Assembly: GCF_001186125.1 (NCBI RefSeq)
Contig: NW_014040245.1
Coordinates: 70,004-90,003, forward strand
Direction of reading: 5' to 3'
From: Sphaeroforma arctica JP610
Taxonomy: Eukaryota
Length of the DNA: 20,000 bases
The notes beneath the pieces were generated by a model. That model was not told the origin of the DNA. It worked only from the letters and a program-made list of their open reading frames with translations, and did no database searches. Shown piece by piece: positions 1 through 8,680 of this stretch. The position numbers and the translations under genes are program-made. Every line of letters starts with the position of its first letter. Position 1 is the first letter of the stretch.

Positions 1-57
1 TATACATGAACACAACAAGGTAAAAAAATAATTCCGTGCCACAATACCTACGCATAC

Positions 58-523
58 CATTTGGTGCCAGGCATGCCGACGTGATCTTCTTAGTATGTCC
101 AGGCAAGCGCAATATCTCCTTCTCTGCATGGTTTACATCCCAAAGCCTAATCAGTTTTTCCATGGAGCTGGTAATAACCCTTTTCTCAGACTTGTCAAAC
201 GCTACCGTGCGCACAATATGGTCGTGTGCAAACTGCAGCATCTCCTTGCCCGTCGTCGCATCCCACAGCCTAGCTGTGAAATCCGCACTGCCAGTGATCG
301 CTCTGGTAGCCTCGCGATTCAATCTAGCACACCATACCGCTCCCTTGTGGCCCTCAAAAGTGCCTATCCAGTCGCCTTTCTGACCGTTTCGGATCATGGG
401 TCGACCGTCTTTGCATGCGGAGATCATGAAGAACCCATCCTCGGTTACTTCTGAGAAGTCGAGGTCTACAACAGGCCGTGTGTGCCCACCACAAGTGAGT
501 GGGGTTTGCCGTGCGCCAGACAT
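58..523 (-). CDS. STRAP: Serine/threonine kinase receptor-associated protein (STRAP/UNRIP, WD40 repeat), first coding exon; gene continues beyond the left edge
   Basis: Manual minus-strand translation from ATG 523: MSGARQTPLTCGGHTRPVVDLDFSEVTEDGFFMISACKDGRPMIRNGQKGDWIGTFEGHKGAVWCARLNREATRAITGSADFTARLWDATTGKE...HIVRTVAF... This closely matches the STRAP N-terminus as I recall it (RQTPLTCSGHTRPVVDL...SACKDGKPMLR..DWIGTF.GHKGAVW). Likely donor GTATGC at 57 (alternative GTATTG at 47). The frame has no stop inside the window, which is probably why it is missing from the ORF track. Confidence 0.95.
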
Positions 524-1186
524 GCTGCGCTATTTGCTAAGGCCTACTAACTTATAGCGTGGTCCAATTTTAGATTGTATCTGTAATCTGGGGTAAATGT
601 TTTACCAAATACAGTAGACAGGTTGAGGTAATAGTTTTTCGCGATGGATACAAAGGAGGCTTTTGCCTTCTAGCTTCAGCCACATTTCACGTGCAAACGT
701 TTGTTATGTTGATCGAAAATGTTGGCCAGTGGGCGATGGCCCAGGCCATGGCCCCCACACCCGCCCAGGCCATGGCCCCGACAAGAGAAAGCAGTTCTAT
801 TATTAGATTTGGGACATTTATCGGACAATATAGCTGTCAACTTTTACATCATAGGATATAATCAGACACAAAAGCTTTCTACAATTGGATTTCGGCATGT
901 ATCGGACATAGATTATTAGATTTAGGACAGTCATCGGACAAAAAAGTTGTCTATTATTAGATTTTAAAAAGAACATTCATTTTGGCGGGTTACCGATTTT
1001 CTCGTCTGGAGTCTGTTAAACGTGTACTGGGGTGTACTGGGGTGTATTTGAATACATGATATACTGTACTATACTGACAAGTTCGAGTACGAGAACGTTT
1101 TGGTGGATAGCTAGCTAGCTAAGGTGGTCAAGTATATAATGCCTACTTCGTGACATTCGTAGAGATTGTGTGTCCCTTCCAACATA
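524..1186. promoter_or_regulatory. Putative bidirectional promoter between divergent STRAP and FNBP4-like genes, with short direct repeats
   Basis: 663 bp between two divergent ATGs. Contains GCCCAGGCCATGGCCCC x2 (739-755, 763-779), ATTATTAGATTT x3 (~799, 912, 953), ATCGGACA x3 (820, 901, 933) and GTGTACTGGG x2 (1022-1041). Function is inferred from position only. Confidence 0.5.
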
Positions 1187-4100
1187 ATGGCATCTGATGA
1201 AGAGCCCTCCATCTACGAATGGACCGCTCTGGTGGACGGCAACACCGGGCACTATTACTACTGGAATACATTTGACGGCAGCGTTGTGTGGCAACTGCCT
1301 GTCGATGCGAAGGGCTACAATGTATACGTACAGGAGGAAAATGGGACTCAGGTGCTGGCCTCGATAGCACTGAAGACAGAAGGGTCCACTAATTTACACG
1401 ACAGTGTATCAATAACCCCTGATGATTCGCCACCTGGGGTCGATGCGGTAGGTGTAGGAGAAGCTACGATAGGCAATAAGAGTATAAGTACAAGTATACA
1501 CACAAGTACACTTAGTTCACCAGTACTTAGAAACGATGGCGTACAAACAGATACAGGCGCCATAGCGAAAAGTACGAAGGTGGGGCTTGGCACGACGGAG
1601 CAGAGCAGCTTCACAGGGGCTGCATCTGTGTCGAAGGGGCCTATACTGAAACGAGACCTGAAAGTTGTTGGGGATACGGATACTACACTGACTGCAAGTA
1701 ATAGACTGATTAATGTGATTAGTCCAGGTAAGGCCAGTGGTGTAGACACGGCTAACCGCACACCTAAGGACGATGTTAAGGTCGCTCAGACAGTACAGAA
1801 GGGCCCTGGGTTGAAGGTGGGCGTCACAAAGGCAGCATCAACCCAGTCGTCAGATACCTCTACGGCGTCTGGTTCTGCGCACACCCTGTCGAGCTGGCCA
1901 GTTTTAGTTCGGAATGCACAACTCACTAGAGATATAAAGGAGGCCGCTTCACCCGCGTTGACGCCTGCAGGTGAACATACATCTGCAGATACTACCGAAC
2001 CGGTACATACACCAAAACCGCATGTCACAATCGATACTGACAATATGAAAGACACCCTCGCCGCTGTTAGTAAAGCTAAGCCAGTAGATACGGTCACCTC
2101 AATTAACAATGAGGGCACCTCTTCCAGTATATCAGATGAGTCTAAGGCGGTTGCGAAATCCGGATCGTTGTTAGGAGGGTTGGCGTCTGTGAATTATTCA
2201 TCGTCGTCGGATGGGTCCGATTCAGAGCCGGAATCGGACAGTGACACAGAAAAGGACAGAATGGACTCTATGGCCACGGGCCAATGGTATAAAAATACAA
2301 CCTTAGACACGAATACAAATACAAACACGAAAATAGAAGGACCAACAAACTCAGACTTCCAGCCAGAAAGTGAGCCAACAACCGAAAAGGAGGGGGAGGA
2401 CGTGAGCGAGCATGAACCTTTCGATGCGGATAAGAAGGCTGGTGTAGACGCATCAGATGTGGGGTTAGGGTCCATGGCAGAGTGGAAGTCATGTGATGGC
2501 ATGCCATCCTCTGAGGCAAACGAGCAAGCTGCACAGGACATTGCGCACATGGGCAGTGCTGTGTTGGAGGAAACTCAAAATAAGGGGGAAGATGGCTTGG
2601 GTGACCAAGAGAAAGAGGCAGGAGGTGCGGTAGTAGGTGTAGATGAAGGCGATGGGGTAGTCGTAGTAGGCGACGAATCTGCTAATGCTACACAGACTGT
2701 GGTGTCGAAGGCTTGCCCAGATCCGTCTGGAGATGATGAGAGTGCAAATGTAGAGAAAGATGGGGAAATGAAGGTGGGCATAGATACGGTTGATGATTCA
2801 GATTTAGAAGAAGGCCACTGTAAGGCTGTGACCATGGCAACAGCGACAAACATAAAGCCGGTGACAGTAGAGTGCATAGATGTCGATGGCGATGGCATGA
2901 CCAATGCAGCTACGTCGGCCGTAGTGTCTACTGTCTGTAGTACCACACAGGTATTGGATGATGATAGTACAATTGGTGTGCGTGATGACGAAACTCTGAG
3001 CGTCGAAGCACGAGTTAGCGGTAAAAGAAGTGCCTCAACAGTCGAGCAAGATGACGTGATTTTGAGAGGAGACACCCGTGAGACCGGCAAATGGACCGAA
3101 CTCTCCGTTGCGGGTACGGCTATGGAGGCCAAGGCGCCGTCGGGTGTGGGAGTGAAAGCGGGTTTTAGGGTGAAACGGGCGAGGATTAATCTCCAAGCGA
3201 ATCCGCTGGAGGTGGAAGAGGATGTACAGAACAGTGCAACCTCCGAACAGGATGGCACGGGAGCTGCTATTGTCCCTGATGTTGTGAAGGTGTGTGGTCT
3301 TGTGTATTAGGAGACGGTCGCTCAATTGTGCTGCGGCGTCTGTAGTGATCTTGGTTCGTTCACAATCACTTCAGCTAGATTTCCGAGCAAATGTTCTGAT
3401 CTTAGGTACCGATCGATATACTGAGCCTGCACACGAAATCGGCGTTGCTTTCAAATTATTCGGATGCGCTATCGCGGGCACGCATACAGACCTATGTCGA
3501 GTTGCGAATGAAATAGTAGTTTAACACTCTTTATTTTGAACACAGCCGATGAGTGTCACCGATAAAGTGGCACAGTTTTTGGCGCATATAACGGAAATTG
3601 CTCAAAGATCTGATGAAAGGTTTGAGAAGGAGAGGACTACTGTCACTACCACCACAGACTTGGCCACTCTTTTGACTAACAAGTTCTCAGCCCTGGGTTA
3701 CAGTATAGCCGACCCATCAGCAATACCTGTAATGGCCGTCGAGGTAAGTATCTACACATGTACGTGGGTATATATACCGACACGCTTGATATATCCCTCT
3801 CAGGCATGAGAATTCTATGACAAACAGCTACAAATACTATGGAGTCACGACGAGCAAGTGGATTTTCCATGACTAACCTGGTAGTATAGGAGACGTATAG
3901 TAGTGTGTAGGGTGCGGTAGAGCAAAACCCCCTTGTTTCGAGAGTTGTCTGAAGTCGAAGCATCTCTGTATTGCCTATCTGTAATACAGCGAAGGTGAAT
4001 ACTTTATCTTCATGAGTGCAGAATTTTTAGGTGCTTGTGATACTTCTGCTTGTCTGGCTGTTGCACACTAAGCACCTGTTATTTAGAGGTCACGCATGAT

Positions 4101-7100
4101 CTTCTATCGAATCGTATCTACAGCGGTTTAATCCTATGCGTCTTGCACATATGTCATATATATATATATATATGTGTGTGTGTGTATAATGGCTCGTAAT
4201 TAAATTTTCTTTCTTCAGAAATGGTCAAAGGCGTATTCATTTTATTTTGATGTCTCGTTCCCTCAGTTACGCACGCGGTGGCTGGATTGGTCCGCAGGAG
4301 AAATTTCGACCGAGTACTTCATCTCAAAGATCAAGGAGCACGCTCAGACACTCAAAGTGCACGAGCAATCCGACCTCCCCAACTCTTGGAAATGTGTGTG
4401 GAATCAGGAGAGGAATGCATATGAGTATGAGAATCAGGTGTGTTTCTTGATTTCGACCGAGGACACATGCGCGCATTAAGTGGCTGAATAGCAAATTTGA
4501 AGAGAAGAATATCTCATATGTTTCGGGGGATATATAGTAGGTGTAATCATGTACTCGACGTCGGCTACTTTGGTGCTGTCTCCTTTTTTGTGTGATGTAC
4601 AGCTTTTCCTGAATCCACGTCTGAGTAGTCTGTGAGCATTTATCTTTTCAAACCAGCGGCTCCCACGCGCACTTTTAACTATTCTTGTGCCCTGTGTCTT
4701 TTTGGCCCTCTGTGGTATGAAATGCAATCGCGAATCTACTATTACTTCGTTAGATAGTATGCATAAATCTGACTCGAGCTCAATATAACTTGTCATTTAC
4801 ATACAGTTGCATATAAATATCGTTTGATAGCGGCAATGCATATTTATAGTCGATTGACCTTCACTCCTCCCACACAGGTCATCGGCGAATTGTCAGACAT
4901 GCACCCTTCCTACCACCAAGTCACAACAGTTTACAAACCTGCAGAAACCCATTTACCAGGCGATACACATACACACACACAACCTCCCGAGCCTAACGAG
5001 CCTGTCCGGGCCCCACCTGAGCCAGCGTCACCAGGTTCACATTCCCCGCCTCCTCCTCCTCCCCCTCCCCCCTCGGATGACGCACACGCACCACCACTGC
5101 CACCGTATGCACCGGATTCAGTGACGGTGAATGCACCTACATTGTATGTCAGCGATGCAAACTCCCATGCTGATCCTCCTGTACCGGTATGTGGTGATAT
5201 TGTACCAATTGCTTGTGCTGTATCTGGGTGGCTCTTATAGCAACTAATTTGGTCATGATTGTGTGCGTATGTTGATTGACGTGTGGCTGTTAATATGAAG
5301 TTAGAATCGACCGGCGCAACGTCCGCGTGTACTGTTGTGTGCTGGGTGCGTATGTTGATTGACGTGTGGCTGTTAATATGAAGTTAGAATCGACCGGCGC
5401 AACGTCCGCGTGTACTGTTGTGTGCTGGGTGCGTATGTTGATTGACGTGTGGCTGTTAATATGAAGTTAGAATCGACCGGCGCAACGTCCGCGTGTACTG
5501 TTGTGTGCTGGGGCATGTCAATTTGCTACTGAATGAAATGTGGTACTTGCTTTATGTCATACTTGTATGGGTGGAGAACATGTGCTGCGTTGTGACACAC
5601 AGACGCATCCTGTAGCTACGGAGGCTCAGCATAGTCTACGCACGTTTACATTTCCGGAAAGGTTTATTCGAAATGGCAAGTCTGGCCGAGATCAGACAAC
5701 GTTTCTCTTCCGACCTTTCGCCATGCCTGTGTAAATCTCGTGTATTGCAGTTCGTGACGTGATGATCATTACGATATTGCATGCCGACAGCCAATGTTCT
5801 GCGAACGACATATAAATCCGTTATATTCTAGGCCACTATTGTTGTAAGCACGACTGGTAATGAATGTCTCACCATCATACAGACAGTGGGATTCCTGTAC
5901 GAAGGTGTAAATCTGAGCGCTTTAGATCTGGAGTCTTATGATCGTACCTCAGATGTGCCCTCGCATCCCAATTCCGGTACCAATTCCGGGCTGAGTGGTA
6001 AGCGGAGCCCCATTGCTGGATCACCTCAGAAGAAAAAGAAGAAAAAAGGCCCTACGAAGAAGGTATGTATGCTGTTCGTTGTTGTCGCGTTCCAGGAATG
6101 CTGCGCTGCTACGAAGACAGATTTCTTTTCCGGATGTGTGCTACGAATTAAATTTATATTCGTCTCCCGACTACTTTGTGATTTTGGGCTAAAACTGCCA
6201 ACCTATATACACCTCACAATGTCCCTGTTCTATCTTCTTTTGCATTATTTGTCCGCTTGGAATTTTCTAGGTAAGTAAGATGTTTGGGAAATGGGCTGCT
6301 GCAAATGTAGAGATGGAAGAAAGCTCACTTCCAGGCAGTGACGAAGATGTGCCACTGACGGGTGAGCAATGGGCAGCGCAACAGAGCGAAAGGTATATAT
6401 TTGATCCTCTTATAACCCGTTGTGTTTTCTACGTATACACCATTTATGTGCGTGGAATCTCGGACTGTGTATATGAATAAGTATCACAGATACTTGTACA
6501 AATCGACGTACTTCTCGCTGATGATACCTTTGAACTATCCTGCATACTTTTGTGTGGCGGGGGGTTGGAGTCGTCTGAAAAGTGATGGGCGCATACAAAT
6601 GGCAGTCTTTGGCTCATAACTAGCCGGCCCACCGAAGTGCTCTATCGTGTACTGTTCGAGTGTATTACATGTTGCACCTATATTGGTGGTTTTTCGTGGG
6701 AGTGCAGAATGGGAAACATCCCAGATGATCGTGTGAAGTTTGTAGACACGGTATTGGCTCTTATCTAATCACCTATGGCGCACTTATTCCGATTGTAATG
6801 CTGATCTCCGTGAGATATCAATACGCATACAAAAAAAATCCTATGTCGACATCGAATTTCAGACCTTGATCTTACAGTTGGATTCAATTCTAGGAATTGA
6901 ACCAAATTCTATGGGTTTCATCATTTTGCATATCCATCTGCTATTTTCCCAGATCATCGAGTCTCAATTCCATGCTAATTTCGAATCAAGTATTCATTGT
7001 CGTTCCATTTTTTTTGTTGATCACTCGAGCTCGCGTTATGTTCTAGCATACACTTCCATACTCACTCGCACGATCTCTAATTCTAAATTGCGTGCAAACC

Positions 7101-7166
7101 AGTGCTAGCGCTAAGTGGAATCCGAACTTCGCCCCCGTGGGAGCTGGCCGCAATCGTCCACGGTAA
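1187..7166 (+). CDS. FNBP4: Formin-binding protein 4-like (FNBP4/FBP30) WW-domain protein, 7 exons, ~1048 aa
   Basis: Exons 1187-3289, 3546-3743, 4267-4437, 4878-5186, 5883-6062, 6271-6392, 7103-7166. All introns are GT-AG and phase-compatible (3147 nt total). Motifs in order: WW1 EWTALVDGNTGHYYYWNTFDGSVVWQLP; FNBP4-type block DLATLLTNKFSALG...LRTRWLDWSAGEISTEYFISKIKE; WW2 LPNSWKCVWNQERNAYEYENQ; poly-Pro tract; Lys-rich KKKKKKGPTKK; MFGKW...EQWAAQQ; terminal NPNFAPV (compare NANFEAL in animal FNBP4). Family assignment is from memory, no search run. Confidence 0.85.
4156..4186. repeat. (TA)n(TG)n compound microsatellite in FNBP4 intron 2
   Basis: catatatatatatatatatgtgtgtgtgtgta read directly. 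Confidence 0.85.
5263..5511. repeat. Tandem repeat, 3 x 83 bp, apparently identical copies, FNBP4 intron 4
   Basis: Unit GTGCGTATGTTGATTGACGTGTGGCTGTTAATATGAAGTTAGAATCGACCGGCGCAACGTCCGCGTGTACTGTTGTGTGCTGG starting at 5263, 5346 and 5429. Confidence 0.95.
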
Positions 7167-7756
7167 CCCTACCAGTGGCTAGTAATAAGCAATAATTATA
7201 CCTATAGATGGTTTCTGAAGCAGCGATGTGGCTAACTGAAAAACTGATCGAGGATCTGCTGCCTCTACACCGCTCGGCGCATCGCTCAAGGGAGTGCGCT
7301 ATAGTGTGGTGATTATGGATTGTGTGCAAGTCCCGCGAGGTCGGCAGGTCAGCTCGCACCAGACCTTAGTCGCCTTTCTACTTCACATATATGGTAGTAG
7401 TAGGTGAAGGGACTTGACAATGCGGATTTAAGAGGAGAACGGCTCGAAGGTTCTAAACTCCGCCACATTCTTTGCTTTGCCCTGAGTGGTGTATGATTAG
7501 GCCCAGAGTCGTCGAAACTCGAAGTGGTGCTCATATCCGATGCTATTTGTCATGTTGGGGCTGACTTATACATATACGATGCGGCATATACTTTCCTGTT
7601 GCCCATATTGACACCAAGACGATCATTTCATCTCGCATTTGCCCGTGAATGAATGCGCCTTCCAGAGGCTGAAGCTATGTATAGCCTGACGGCCATCAGC
7701 AACCTACGAAATATGTATCCACGAGACCGCGTGTCTCGTGAAGCTGCTAATTTTTG

Positions 7757-7847
7757 TCACTTCTGGCGAGCTACTGAACCGAGCTACTTCAGGTAGCCCT
7801 CACTTTTGGCGAGCTACTGAACCGAGCTACTTCAGGTAGCCCTCACT
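7757..7847. repeat. Direct repeat, 2 x 43 bp, between the convergent FNBP4 and GCC1 3' ends
   Basis: TCACTTYTGGCGAGCTACTGAACCGAGCTACTTCAGGTAGCCC at 7757 and 7800, with one mismatch between copies. Confidence 0.9.
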
Positions 7848-8160
7848 CCAGCGCATTGTGACAAACATGCTGACTATGCGAGCCACAACTTTTGCATGTA
7901 TACCGTTGGTGGCAATGGAGCTTTCTTGTCACTTGCGAGATCTTTCACTCGATCCGTACATGTGCAGAATAACCCGCGTACATCACGTGTACAATTGGCG
8001 ATCGATCACAGAAGCTCTCTCCTATACCACATTCACCAATCATGGGGCGTTCAGTTGTTTGAGAACGCGTAGTTTCCACACCTCGCGCAGGTGCAAGCAG
8101 TAGAACCCTGCACAAAAGCACCAGCACGGGTTATTGTCCTATTCTTTACAGAGATGGATG

Positions 8161-8680
8161 TCACGTAAACCACTTCTTAACGGCCTGTCCGTGTTGTAAC
8201 CGAAGCCCCTCGTTGACAGATTTCATCACGGCCGCCGTTTCGTCTGGGTCGCACTGGAGTACCATGCAGATGGCCTGCGCGAGATGCTGTGTGATTGTGC
8301 AGGTTAAATGTGTATTTGTAGTGATTAATAAGCGATTTAGAGCTCAATTCACGCCCTGGGTATTAAGTCTGTGAAAGGGACAAAATTGCCAGATAGTTGT
8401 AGCGTTGTACATTTTCCTGCCGCCAGACTGAGTAACAACGTGGAACCATTCCATACAGAAGGGCGAACGAGAACACTACAGAATCTCATCACAAAGTTGA
8501 ATAGTCGTTCTGCCAACTCTACGCTTCAATTATGTGACACGACACGCACAAAAATCACATTCTGGCACAGACGAAAATAAGGATATATAAATGCAGATAA
8601 TGACGCACACCTCTTTTCCAGTCGTGGCACTGAAGTACTTGACTACTATGTTCTTCAAATACTCTATATTTACGTTTTCT
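8161..8680 (-). other. GRIP domain-coding region (split over the last two exons)
   Basis: N(V)NIEYLKNIVVKYF carries the conserved GRIP Tyr used for Arl1 binding, followed by LAQAICMVLQCDPDE (consensus-like I..IL.FSPEE). Confidence 0.85.

Noticed and set aside
36..454. Plus-strand ORFs 36-383 and 95-454
   Set aside because: Antisense shadows of the STRAP exon on the minus strand.
1348..3325. Several minus-strand ORFs of 88-227 aa
   Set aside because: Antisense shadows of the long FNBP4 exon 1, with no recognisable motifs.
5263..5511. CRISPR-like appearance of the tandem repeats (also 11254-11490 and 19213-19314)
   Set aside because: Units are contiguous with no unique spacers, there are no cas genes, and the context is eukaryotic and intronic or intergenic.
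6866..7108. ORF containing HANFES as a candidate FNBP4 last exon
   Set aside because: The exon at 7103-7166 fits the required phase 2, gives NPNFAPV and ends in a stop. The HANFES frame entered at its nearest acceptor has the wrong phase.
7111..7534. Short minus-strand ORFs of 61 and 82 aa
   Set aside because: No recognisable homology or convincing splice structure; likely UTR or intergenic sequence.
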